A stretch of 64,000 nucleotides of DNA, taken from NCBI GenBank assembly GCA_045805465.1, contig JBJMLB010000114.1:2375-66374 (forward strand), given 5' to 3'. A program made the translations under genes and the position numbers. The DNA is from Conexibacter sp. (GTDB lineage Bacteria; Actinomycetota; Thermoleophilia; Solirubrobacterales; Solirubrobacteraceae). Below are positions 54,234 to 63,367 of the stretch, piece after piece (the stretch's first letter is position 1; the number at the start of each line of letters is the position of its first letter). The notes under the pieces are model-generated. The model saw only the letters and a program-made list of their open reading frames with translations, was not told where the DNA came from and searched no databases.

Positions 54234-54557
54234 TCGGCCCCTCTCTCGCCTCCCTCCTCGTGTCGGGCTCCGCGAAGGCAGGAAGGAGACGGATCGAATC
54301 CGTCCGCGTAGCCCGCGTTCGGCGTCGTGCCCGCACAGCGGTCCGACGACGACTCACGTCCCGTCAGCGTATCGCGACGCGGTCCCAAAAGGTCTATTCC
54401 CTGATCGGCGCCGTGACGTTAGACTCCGGAAGCGGGACCGATCGTGTGCGATGACCGCGCGATCGAGGACCGGCTTGAACGCAACGGATAGCTCGCTGCC
54501 GGATGGGGCGGGCGCGCACGGAGCGAAGCTGACATCTTCGGAACGTGGAGATCGCCG

Positions 54558-54884
54558 ATGCCTTCATCGCCGTTGTTTCGGGTCGACGTTCAGCCTGAGC
54601 GCGAGCGTGTGCGCGTCATCCCGCACGGTGAGCTCGATCTCGCCACGGTCCAGCAGCTGGAGGCCCAGATCGACGAGCTGCGGTCCGGCGGGTCCCCGAG
54701 GATCGTCCTCGACCTGCGTCAGCTCACCTTCATGGACTCCACCGGCCTGCGGCTGCTGCTCGAGCTCGACGCCCAGTCGCGAGCGGACGGCTTCGGCTTC
54801 GCAATCGTCGATGGCGAGGGGCCGGTCCGGCGTCTCTTGGAGCTGACCGGGGTCGATGGTCGGTTCGAGCACGCCGACGGCTGA
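54558..54884 (+). CDS. STAS-domain anti-sigma-factor antagonist
   Basis: GELDLATVQQLEAQIDEL......IVLDLRQLTFMDSTGLRLLLEL supports the call. The conserved phosphorylatable Ser lies in the DST context. Confidence 0.8.
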   Translation: MPSSPLFRVDVQPERERVRVIPHGELDLATVQQLEAQIDELRSGGSPRIVLDLRQLTFMDSTGLRLLLELDAQSRADGFGFAIVDGEGPVRRLLELTGVDGRFEHADG

Positions 54885-54895
54885 GTGCGCTCCCG

Positions 54896-55246
54896 CTACC
54901 CGGTGGAACGTCGCGGAGACGGTCGCTCGTGGGCATCCGCGAGGCGCGTGAGGGCGCGGCGCAGGAGGCGCGAGACCTGCATCTGCGAGCAGCCGATCCG
55001 GGCTGCGATCTCGCTTTGCATCATGTCGTGCGCGAAGCGCATGTAGAGCGCTTCTCGCTCGCGTCGTGGAAGCGTCCGGAGGAAGGGACCGATCGTGGCG
55101 GCGCGATCGATCAGTTCGTAGCGGTCGTCCTCGGAGCCGAGAACGTCGGCGAGCGTGTGGGTGGTCTCGTCGTCGTGTTGGAGGGGAGCGTCGAGCGATG
55201 GGACGTGCAGCGCGACGTGGTGGCGCCGCCGCTCGTTTGAGCGCAC
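54896..55246 (-). pseudogene. 5'-truncated SigB/SigF-type sigma factor (regions 3.2-4 only)
   Basis: SLDAPLQHDDETTHTLADVLGSEDDRYELIDRAATIGPFLRTLPREREALYMRFAHDMMQSEIAARIGCSQMQVSRLLRRAL covers the linker and region 4 only. Sequence upstream in this frame is non-sigma-like and overlaps a convincing plus-strand cytochrome c gene. The only possible start is GTG 55246. Confidence 0.6.
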
Positions 55247-55270
55247 CGCGGCGCGGACAGGCTGCCGGAC

Positions 55271-55633
55271 ATGCGCAGGGCCATCGCGATCGCGCTGCTG
55301 GCGGTGTGTCCGGCGTCGCTGTCGTCGGGGTGCGGCGAGAGCGCGACGGCGGAGCGGGCGCGGCTCGGTCACGAGACGTACGTCCGCGACTGCGCGCGCT
55401 GTCACATGACGGACGGCCGCGGCGTGCGCGGCGTGTTCCCGAACCTGGCGGGCAATCCGATCGTCACGCTCGAGAGCCCCGAGGCGGCGATCGAGACGGT
55501 GGTCGACGGCCGCGATGCGATGCCGGCGTTCGGCGGCGTGATGCCGGCGCAGAGAATCGCGGCGGTCATCACATACGTGCGGCACGCGTGGGGCAACGAC
55601 GCCTCGCCCGTGACGGCGGCGCAGGTGAAGTGA
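55271..55633 (+). CDS. class I c-type cytochrome lipoprotein
   Basis: Lipobox LSSGC, heme motif CARCH, and a distal Met context AMPAFGG. Confidence 0.85.
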   Translation: MRRAIAIALLAVCPASLSSGCGESATAERARLGHETYVRDCARCHMTDGRGVRGVFPNLAGNPIVTLESPEAAIETVVDGRDAMPAFGGVMPAQRIAAVITYVRHAWGNDASPVTAAQVK

Positions 55634-57336
55634 TGCGGCGGCGCCCGGCACTGCTCGCGATGGCGGTGGTCGCGCTCGGGGCCGTCGTGCTGCTGCTGGC
55701 GCTCGGCACCGAGGACGAGCGCTTCGCGCGCGCGCCGGCGGCCGAGCAGCTCACGCCGGTCGCGGTGCGCACGGGCGCTCCCGCGCCGGCCGGCGTCGCG
55801 GGGGTGCCGCCCGAGGTGGCAGCCGCCGCGAGCGAGTGGCCGCTGCCCAACCGCGACTACGCCAACACGCGCGCGACTCGCGACGCGAAGATCGACGCGG
55901 GGAACGTGCGCGACCTCGGCATCGCGTGGCGGCGCAAGCTCCACGGCGCGACGCACTGGGGCGCCGCCGCGAGCGGTCCGCTGATCGCCGGCGGCGCCGT
56001 CTACTTCCAGGACCTGCGCTCCGACGTGTGGGCGCTCGACGTGCGCGACGGCGCCACCCGTTGGAAGGCGAGAGTCGACGCGCCGGCGTTCGGTCCGAAC
56101 GGGCCGGCGATCGGCTGGGGCAAGCTCTACGCGCAGGACGGCGGCGACAGACTGCTGGCGTTCGACCTCGACACCGGCGCGCCGGCGTGGTCGCGCGTGC
56201 TGGCCGGGCCGACCGGCGCGCAGCAGCCGACCGTCTACGGCGGCCTCGTCCAGACGGGGCTGGTCGCCGGTCGCGACAGACGTCTCCCGGACCACGTCTA
56301 CCGGATGGAGCTGCTGGCGGACGGGTCGAGCGGCTGGGTCTACGGCGTGCGTGCCGACGACGGGCGCGTCGTGTGGGACTTCCGCACCGTCACGCCCGGC
56401 AACTGGGGGAACGCGCGGCTCAACAGCGGCGGCGGCGTGTGGTTCCCGCCGGCGGTCGACACGGCGAGCGGCCGGGTCTTCTGGTCGACCGGGAATCCGG
56501 CGCCCGGACCCGGCACGATCGACTACCCGAACGCGTCGAGCCGGCCCGGTCCGAACCGCTGGACGAACTCGGTGCTCGCGTTCGACGCGCGCAGTGGCGA
56601 GCGTGCCTGGTCACGCCAGCTGCAGCCGCACGACCTGCTCCACCACGACCTGCAGAACTCGCCGATGCTGGTGGAGGCGGGCGGTCGCCGGCTGCTGGTC
56701 GCCTCCGGTAAGGGCGGCGTCGTGTTCGGGCTCGACCGCGACGACGGGAGCCTGCGGTGGAGGACGCCGATCGGCGTCCATCGCAACGACGGACTGGAGC
56801 GCCTGCCCGCCGACGACAGCCCCGTCTGGATCACCCCCGGCTTCTGGGGCGGGATCGAGACGCCCGGCGCCGCCGCCGATGGGAGCCTCTACTTCCTCAG
56901 CGAGAACCTCGCGACCCCGTACACGGCGACGGCGTGGAGATCGGAGACGGCGTCGCAGACGGTGCAGAACCACGAGGGCCGCACTCCCCTCGACAAGGGG
57001 ACGTCGGAGCTGGTCGCGCTCGACGCGGCGAGCGGACGCATCCGCTGGAGACACGCCTTCCCGATGGTCGGCTTCGGCGGCGCGACGGTCGTCAACGACC
57101 TCGTCTTCACCGCGACATACGACGGGACGGTCTACGCGTTGCGGCGCAGCGACGGCAGCGTCGCGTGGCACGGAAGCCTGGGCGCCGGCGTCAACGCGTG
57201 GCCGGCCGTTGCCGGCGACACGATCGTCTGGCCGGCCGGGCTGGGACGCGATCCGGCGCTGGTCGCGCTGCGGCTCGGCGCGCGGCCGCGCAGTGAGACG
57301 GTGCCGCGCACCCGTGTCGCGCGGGTGGAGCGATGA
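55633..57336 (+). CDS. membrane-anchored PQQ-type beta-propeller protein (quinoprotein dehydrogenase-like)
   Basis: N-terminal TM helix ALLAMAVVALGAVVLLLAL. WPLPNRDYANTRATRDAKIDAGNVRDLGIAWRRKL resembles quinoprotein N-termini, and repeated ...G.VY..D....V.ALD...G...W propeller blades follow. The ATG shares 1 nt with the cytochrome c stop. Confidence 0.75.
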   Translation: MRRRPALLAMAVVALGAVVLLLALGTEDERFARAPAAEQLTPVAVRTGAPAPAGVAGVPPEVAAAASEWPLPNRDYANTRATRDAKIDAGNVRDLGIAWRRKLHGATHWGAAASGPLIAGGAVYFQDLRSDVWALDVRDGATRWKARVDAPAFGPNGPAIGWGKLYAQDGGDRLLAFDLDTGAPAWSRVLAGPTGAQQPTVYGGLVQTGLVAGRDRRLPDHVYRMELLADGSSGWVYGVRADDGRVVWDFRTVTPGNWGNARLNSGGGVWFPPAVDTASGRVFWSTGNPAPGPGTIDYPNASSRPGPNRWTNSVLAFDARSGERAWSRQLQPHDLLHHDLQNSPMLVEAGGRRLLVASGKGGVVFGLDRDDGSLRWRTPIGVHRNDGLERLPADDSPVWITPGFWGGIETPGAAADGSLYFLSENLATPYTATAWRSETASQTVQNHEGRTPLDKGTSELVALDAASGRIRWRHAFPMVGFGGATVVNDLVFTATYDGTVYALRRSDGSVAWHGSLGAGVNAWPAVAGDTIVWPAGLGRDPALVALRLGARPRSETVPRTRVARVER

Positions 57337-58304
57337 ACGTGCCACTCGCCGTCGAGCGTCCGTACGTGCTCGAGCCGCGCGGCGAGGACGCGCACGTGCT
57401 CGGGCAGGAGATCACCTTCCAGCTCGTCGTCGGCGGGCTCGTGCTGCTGCTCGTGCTCGGGCTGCTCGTCGCGATCGTGATCCGCCAGCTCCGCCACCGC
57501 ACGCCGGAGGAGGCGCCGCCCGACCTCGACGAGGAGCGCGGCCAGCGCTGGATCGTGCTCGGCGGCCTCGTCCTGCCGCTCGTCGTGCTGACCGCGGTCG
57601 TCGTCATGTCGGCGCGCAGCTTCCTGGCGGTTGACGACGCCGGTGGCGCGCGCGCCGGCGTGGAGCGCACGGTCGAGGTCGTCGCGCACCGCTGGTGGTG
57701 GGAGGTCCGCTATCCGGACGCGCATGCCTCGACCGCCAACGAGGTGGTGCTGCCGGTCGGCCAGCCGGTGCGACTGCGGTTGCGCACGAAGGACGTGATC
57801 CACTCGCTGTGGATTCCGCAGCTGGACCGCAAGGCGGACATGATTCCCGGTCGCGTGACCTACCTCCGCCTGACCGCGGAGCGGCCGGGCGAGTATCGCG
57901 GCCTGTGCGCGGAGTTCTGCGGGTTGCAGCACGCGAAGATGGCGTTCCGCGTGCGCGTGCTGGCGCCGGGCGCGTTCGCCGACTGGCTGGCGGCGGCGCG
58001 GCTGCCGGCGGCGCGGCCGGCGACCACCTCAGCGCGCGCCGGCGCGCGCGTCTTTCAGGACGCCGGCTGCGCCGTCTGCCACACGATCGCGGGCACGGCC
58101 GCGAGCGGCGAGGTCGGCCCTGAGCTGACGCACCTCGCCTCGCGCAGGTCGATCGCGGCCGAGACGTTGCCGAACACCCGCGGGAACCTCGCCGGCTGGA
58201 TCAGCGACCCGCAGCACGTCAAGCGCGGCGTCCTGATGCCGCGCACCGAGCTGGGCGGCCGCGAGTTGCAGCAGCTGCTCGACTACCTCGAAGGGCTCAG
58301 ATGA
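57333..58304 (+). CDS. ctaC: cytochrome c oxidase subunit II with fused C-terminal cytochrome c domain (caa3-type)
   Basis: CuA site HSLWIPQL...CAEFCGLQHAKM and a C-terminal CAVCH heme c motif. Confidence 0.9.
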   Translation: MNVPLAVERPYVLEPRGEDAHVLGQEITFQLVVGGLVLLLVLGLLVAIVIRQLRHRTPEEAPPDLDEERGQRWIVLGGLVLPLVVLTAVVVMSARSFLAVDDAGGARAGVERTVEVVAHRWWWEVRYPDAHASTANEVVLPVGQPVRLRLRTKDVIHSLWIPQLDRKADMIPGRVTYLRLTAERPGEYRGLCAEFCGLQHAKMAFRVRVLAPGAFADWLAAARLPAARPATTSARAGARVFQDAGCAVCHTIAGTAASGEVGPELTHLASRRSIAAETLPNTRGNLAGWISDPQHVKRGVLMPRTELGGRELQQLLDYLEGLR

Positions 58305-60625
58305 GCGCGGCCGCGACGAGCGAGCGCCCCGCGGAGATCCCGCGCGACAGCGGACTGAGCGCATGGCTGTGCGACACGCGCGGCGAGGCGACCGGCACGC
58401 GCTTCCTCGTGACGGCGTTCGGCTTCTTCCTGCTGGCGGGAGTCGCGGCGCTGCTGCTGCGGATCCAGCTGGCGGTACCGGACAACGGCTTCCTCACGCC
58501 GGAGGCGTTCGACCAGCTGTTCTCGCTGCACGGGGGCACGATGCTGCTGATCTTCGCGGTGCCGGCGATGGCGGGGATCGCGCTGCGCTTCGTGCCCGCC
58601 GCGATCGGCGCGCGCGAGATCGCGCTGCCGCGGCTCGCGGCGTTCGCCTACTGGACGTTCGCGCTCGGCGCGCTCGGGCTGTGGGTCGGCCTGCTGTTCG
58701 GCCAGGCGCCGGACAGCGGCTGGTTCAGCTACGTGCCGCTCGCCTCGCCGCGCTACCAGCCCGGCCAGCACACCGACGTCTACGCCGCGACCGTGATCCT
58801 CGTCGAGGTCGCGACCGTGTGCGCGGCGATCTCGATCGTCACGACGATCCTCACGCGCCGCGCGCGCGGGATGGGCCTGTTCCTGATGCCGCTGATCGCG
58901 TGGGCGGTGCTGACCGCGGGGCTGATGGTGCTGCTCGCGATGCCGCCGGTGATCGTCGCCGCGACGTTGCTGACGTTCGACTCGAAGCTCGGCACGCACT
59001 TCTTCTCGACGGCGACCGGCGGGGACCCGCTGCTGTGGCAGCACCTGTTCTGGTTCTTCGGGCATCCGCTCGTGTACGTGATGCTGCTGCCGGGGCTCGG
59101 AATCGTCTCCTCGATCACGCCGTCGTTCTCGCGCCACGCGATGGTCGGCTACCCGTTCGTCGCCGCCTCGTACGTCTCGATCGGCGTGATCTCGTTCATG
59201 GTCTGGGGGCATCACATGTTCGCGACGCAGACCGCGGACGCCGGCCTGGCCGCCTTCTCGATCGCGTCGATGGCGGTCGCGGTCCCGAGCGGCATCCACG
59301 TCTTCGCGGTGCTCGCGACGCTGTGGCGCGGGCGCGTCAGATTCGACGTGCCGCTGCTGTTCGTGCTTGGCTTCGTCGCGATCTTCGTGATGGGCGGGAT
59401 CACCGGCGTGATGGTCGGCTCGATCTCCGCCGACTGGCAGTACACCGACACCTACTTCGTCGTCGCGCACTTCCACTACGTGCTGTTCGGCGGCGTCGTG
59501 CTGACCCTGTTCGGCGGCCTGCACTACTGGTATCCGCGGGCGACCGGCTGGATGCCCGGCCGAGCGCTCGGCACGGCGGCGTTCGCGCTGATCTTCACCG
59601 GGATCAACCTCGCGTTCCTGCCGATGCACGTGGCCGGCCTGCGCGGGATGCGGCGGCGCGTGTGGACCTACCCGCAGGACCTCGGCTGGGACTGGCTCAA
59701 CATGGTCGAGACGATCGGCGCGTTCGTGCTCGCGCTCGGGGTCCTGCTGTTCGTCGCGAATCTCGTGTGGAGCTGGGGGCGCGTGCCGGCGCCCAAGAGC
59801 CCGTGGAGATCGGGCACGCTCGAGTGGGCCGACGAGCCGCCGCCGGTCGTGCGCTCGCGCTATCCGGAGTGGGAGCAGGCCGAGGAGGTCGAGCGGGGGA
59901 CGCGCGTGGGAGCGTCGTCGTCGCCGTCGCCCTTCCCGCTGCTCGCCGCAGGCGGCCTGGCGACGGCGATCCTCGGCACGATCTTTGATCCGCTGTTCCT
60001 CGGCGTCGGCCTGCTGCTGTGCTTCCTCGCGGCGGTCGAGTGGACACGCGCGCCGGCCGAGCCGGACGCGGCCGCCGGCTCCGAGCGGGCCCTGCCCGTC
60101 GCCCACTCGCCGCTCCTGTGGGGGACGGCGTGCGGCCTGTTCGCACTGTTCGTGGGCCTGAGCGCGCTGCTGTCGAGCTGGTGGTACCTGGCCGCGCACA
60201 ACGACCAGTGGCCGCTGCCGCCCGTCTACGCGCCGTCGTGGTGGTGGGGCGCGGCGGCGACCTTGCTGCTCGCGGCCGCCGCGCTGCTCGCGACGCGCTC
60301 GTCGGCTCGCAGCGTCGCGCTCGCGGCAGGCGCCGCGTTCGCGTTCGCCGCCGTGACCGCGGTCGGCCTGCTCGACTTCGACTGGACGCAGGCGCAGAAC
60401 GCGAGCGCCTCGGCGATCTGGACGATCCTCGGCAGCTTCGGCCTGTGCGTGCTCGTGCTCGCAGGGATCGCCGCGGTCGCCGCGTTGCGGCTGCGCTCGG
60501 CGGGGCGAGCGGGCGCGGCGATCGTCGGACGCGACGGCCTGCGCGCGCTCGCGCTCTACGCCGTGTTCCTGGCAGCGAGCTGGCCGCTCGTCCTCCTCAC
60601 CGTCTGGATCGGGCCGAGGCTCTGA
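58301..60625 (+). CDS. ctaD: cytochrome c oxidase subunit I fused to a subunit III-like C-terminal domain (774 aa)
   Basis: WFFGHPLVYVMLLPG, WGHHMF and VVAHFHYVLFGG are heme-copper ligand motifs. An extra polytopic C-terminal extension of about 230 aa follows. Confidence 0.9.
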   Translation: MSAAATSERPAEIPRDSGLSAWLCDTRGEATGTRFLVTAFGFFLLAGVAALLLRIQLAVPDNGFLTPEAFDQLFSLHGGTMLLIFAVPAMAGIALRFVPAAIGAREIALPRLAAFAYWTFALGALGLWVGLLFGQAPDSGWFSYVPLASPRYQPGQHTDVYAATVILVEVATVCAAISIVTTILTRRARGMGLFLMPLIAWAVLTAGLMVLLAMPPVIVAATLLTFDSKLGTHFFSTATGGDPLLWQHLFWFFGHPLVYVMLLPGLGIVSSITPSFSRHAMVGYPFVAASYVSIGVISFMVWGHHMFATQTADAGLAAFSIASMAVAVPSGIHVFAVLATLWRGRVRFDVPLLFVLGFVAIFVMGGITGVMVGSISADWQYTDTYFVVAHFHYVLFGGVVLTLFGGLHYWYPRATGWMPGRALGTAAFALIFTGINLAFLPMHVAGLRGMRRRVWTYPQDLGWDWLNMVETIGAFVLALGVLLFVANLVWSWGRVPAPKSPWRSGTLEWADEPPPVVRSRYPEWEQAEEVERGTRVGASSSPSPFPLLAAGGLATAILGTIFDPLFLGVGLLLCFLAAVEWTRAPAEPDAAAGSERALPVAHSPLLWGTACGLFALFVGLSALLSSWWYLAAHNDQWPLPPVYAPSWWWGAAATLLLAAAALLATRSSARSVALAAGAAFAFAAVTAVGLLDFDWTQAQNASASAIWTILGSFGLCVLVLAGIAAVAALRLRSAGRAGAAIVGRDGLRALALYAVFLAASWPLVLLTVWIGPRL

Positions 60626-60972
60626 TGCGCGACGGCCGCATCGCACCCGCCTGGCGCTGGGTCGCGCTCGTGCCGGCGCTCTGGCTCGCGCACGTCGGTG
60701 CGATGTACGCGATCGCGTCGCTGCGCTGCCTCGACCTCGCCTTCACCGGGGAGCTCGCCGGCGTCGTGACGGTGCGCGCGCTGCGCGTGCTCGTGACGGT
60801 GCTCGTCGCCGGCGGGTTGGCCGTCGTCGCGGCGGCGCTGTGGCGGCGGCGCCGCGAAGGCGACGACGAGGAGCAGCTCGCGACGTTCGCCGGCGCGGTG
60901 CTCGGCGGCATCTTCGCGCTGTACCTCCTGTGGTCGCTGTGGCCGGCCTTGGGGACGACGTCCTGCTCATGA
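60625..60972 (+). CDS. small membrane protein coupled to the oxidase operon
   Basis: The ATG shares 1 nt with the ctaD stop. The product has 3 hydrophobic helices (WRWVALVPALWLAHVGAMYAIA..., VLVTVLVAGGLAVVAAALW, GAVLGGIFALYLLWSLWPAL). Confidence 0.6.
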   Translation: MRDGRIAPAWRWVALVPALWLAHVGAMYAIASLRCLDLAFTGELAGVVTVRALRVLVTVLVAGGLAVVAAALWRRRREGDDEEQLATFAGAVLGGIFALYLLWSLWPALGTTSCS

Positions 60973-61002
60973 TCGGCAGCCGCGGCAGCCGCGGCACGAC
61001 GC

Positions 61003-62398
61003 ATGACCACCTTCGCGCAGGTCGTCGTCACGGTCAGACCGCGGCGTGTCATCGTGCCCGTGGCGGGTATGGACGGGCGCATGCAACGGCTTCCGCCTGG
61101 CCCTGAGCTTGGCCGCGTGACGCAGGGCGTGCTCTTCCATCGCGACCCGCTCGGGTTCCTGCGTCGGATGCGGGCCGAGCACGGTGACGTGTTCACGCTG
61201 CGGCTGGCGGTCGCCGGGCCGCTGGTGATCGTGGCCCAGCCCGAAGCGGCCAGGCAGATCGTCGATGCGGACCCGGTGCGAGGTCACGGCGGCGAGGCCC
61301 GCCGGCGCATCGTCCAGATGATCTCGCCTCGCTCCGTGCTGGGCGGGGACGAGCGCCTTCACACCGCCGCCCGCGCCCGTCTCGCGCCCGCGTTCACGCC
61401 GGAGGCGCTCGACCGCCGCCGCGACGCGATGGCGCAGATCGCCGAGACGCAGGTCGCGCGCTGGCCCCGGGGGCGCCCATTCCGCTTGCTGCCGCACATT
61501 CGCACGCTCGCCGACGAGGTGTTCGTCCGGCTCGTGCTCGGCGTGCGAGACGACGCTCGCGCGACCGCGCTCGCAGCGGCCGTCCGCCGCATGCTGTGGA
61601 CGCCGGGCAACCCTCCGCTGCCGCCGCCGGGCAGAGGCTCAGGGCTGACCGGAGCGCTCGGCACGCGCCTGTTCGCGCGGCGTGCCGCGCCGGTCGAGCG
61701 GCTGCTCGCGGCGGAGCTCCGCGCGTGCCGTCGTGCCGGCGACCGGGGTCGAGACGACGTCATCAGCTGCATGCTGCGCGACGAGCCGCCGCTGACCGAC
61801 GACGAGATCGTCGAGCAGCTCGTGCCGCTGCTGATGGCAGGCCAGGAGCCGCCCGCTGCCGCGCTGACGTGGCTGCTCGACCGGCTCGCGCGCGAGCCGG
61901 AGATCGCCGAGCGCTTCGCCGCCGCGCCGGACGAGGACGGAGCGTGGCGAGGCGGTCGTGCGGGAGACGCTGCGCGTCCGCCCGGCCGTCCACAGCGTCG
62001 CGCGGCGGCTCACCACGCCACTCGTCCTGGACGGACATCGGTTGCCGGCCGGCGCGGTCGCCGTGGCGCCGATCGTGCTGCTGCATCGAGATCCGCAGGC
62101 GTTCCCGGATCCGGACGCGTTCCAGCCCGAGCGCTTCGTGAACGGCACGCTCGACGACGCGCCGTTCCTGCCCTTCGGCGGCGGCGCCCGCCGCTGCCTC
62201 GGCGAGCCGCTCGCGCACGCACTGATCGCCGGCGTCGTGCCGGCGATCCTGAAGCAGGTCCACCTGCGACCCGTCTGGCCGCAGCCCGAGCGGATGGTCG
62301 TTCGCGGCACCGTCCTCGTCCCGCATCGCAGCGGCGTGGCCCTCGCGCGCGCTGACACCGAGCCGCCGCGAATGTTGCGGCGGCGACGCGGTGGGTAG
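61003..62398 (+). pseudogene. cytochrome P450, interrupted by a frameshift near 61930-61957
   Basis: Frame 1 carries the LPPGP N-terminus, I-helix region LLMAGQEPPAAAL and ...EIAERFAAAPDEDG. Frame 2 (track ORF 61958..62398) carries VRETLRVRP (ExxR) and FLPFGGGARRCLGEPLA (the heme Cys loop). Confidence 0.75.
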
Positions 62399-62421
62399 CG
62401 AGGCTTCTCCGACACGTACGA

Positions 62422-62847
62422 ATGGAGGAGCTCATGCCCCGAGGAGGACCCATATCCGTCCGGCTTCACGCATTGATGGAGCCATTGGTGGCGATCGTGT
62501 TGATCGTCGCGCCGTGGCTGTTCGGCTTCAGCGACGTGAAGTCGGCGACGATCGTCTCGGTCGCCGTAGGCGTCGCGATGCTCGTCGGCGGCCTGATGAC
62601 GCGCTGGCGCTTCTCGCTGGTGAAGGTGATCCCGCTGAAGGTGCACTTCTACTGGGATCTGCTGCTCGGAGTGATCCTGATCGCCGCGCCATTCGTGCTG
62701 GGCGACAGCGACCGCGGGGACGCGACGCGGTTCCTCGTCATCTTCGGCGTGCTCGAGCTGCTGACCGCCCTTGGCACCGACTGGGACGAGCGCGAGGAAG
62801 TGCTCCCGGCCGACCACCGCGGCCACCGCGCCACGCCGGCGCACTGA
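62422..62847 (+). CDS. SPW-repeat membrane protein
   Basis: Two repeats of a hydrophobic helix pair end in APWLFGFSD and AAPFVLGDSD. An alternative ATG at 62434 lies behind GGAGG. Confidence 0.65.
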   Translation: MEELMPRGGPISVRLHALMEPLVAIVLIVAPWLFGFSDVKSATIVSVAVGVAMLVGGLMTRWRFSLVKVIPLKVHFYWDLLLGVILIAAPFVLGDSDRGDATRFLVIFGVLELLTALGTDWDEREEVLPADHRGHRATPAH

Positions 62848-62932
62848 GCCCCAAGGGTCAAGGACGCCGTCGAGAAGGTCACGTGACCGCTACCGCGATC
62901 GATCCGGACACGACGATCGAAGAGGAGGCCGG

Positions 62933-63367
62933 ATGAGCACGCAAGACGATGGAGGCAGGTCCGGCCTGTGCGGGACGGACGTCGATCCCGACGAGCGCTG
63001 CTCGCCGGTGCCGATGACCGCCGACGTCGTGCGGCTGCTGGCGGCGGCCGGAGGCATCGCGCGGCGACGGGGCCGCGACGTGGCGGACGTCGCGGACGTC
63101 GCCGCCGCGCTCGGTGAGCCGCCGCCGGCTGCTGCGCCGCCGCCGGCGCGCATCACGCCGTACCGCGACGGTCCCTACCTGCTGCGCGGCCCGTTCGAGC
63201 TGGTCGACCAGGACGGCGCCGCGATCGCGACACGGCGCTCGACGATCGCCTTGTGCCGCTGCGGGCGCTCGCAGATGCGGCCGTTCTGCGACGGCACGCA
63301 CAAGCTGACGGGCTTTCAGGCCGACAGCGGGGCGGCGAGGCGCGACGTCGCCGCGGAGGAGGACTGA
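62933..63367 (+). CDS. CDGSH-type iron-sulfur domain protein
   Basis: CRCGRSQMRPFCDGTHK matches C-x-C-x2-S-x3-P-x-C-D-G-[ST]-H. SD GAGGAGG precedes ATG 62933. Confidence 0.8.
   Translation: MSTQDDGGRSGLCGTDVDPDERCSPVPMTADVVRLLAAAGGIARRRGRDVADVADVAAALGEPPPAAAPPPARITPYRDGPYLLRGPFELVDQDGAAIATRRSTIALCRCGRSQMRPFCDGTHKLTGFQADSGAARRDVAAEED

Noticed and set aside
53370-54311. 313-aa plus-strand ORF.
   Set aside because: Its second half is antisense to the well-supported DUF2294 gene (53856-54233). Its middle is an Arg run. Only the first 90 aa or so look protein-like and they have no recognisable family, so this is treated as a possible decayed fragment (see findings).
63316-63367. 52-nt convergent overlap between the CDGSH gene and the GT2 gene as a possible antisense regulatory arrangement.
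   Set aside because: The GT2 C-terminal tail in the overlap (…SEPDGEAAQSSSAATSRLAAPLSA) is low-complexity. It may simply reflect late stop-codon occurrence in GC-rich DNA. There is no independent evidence of function.
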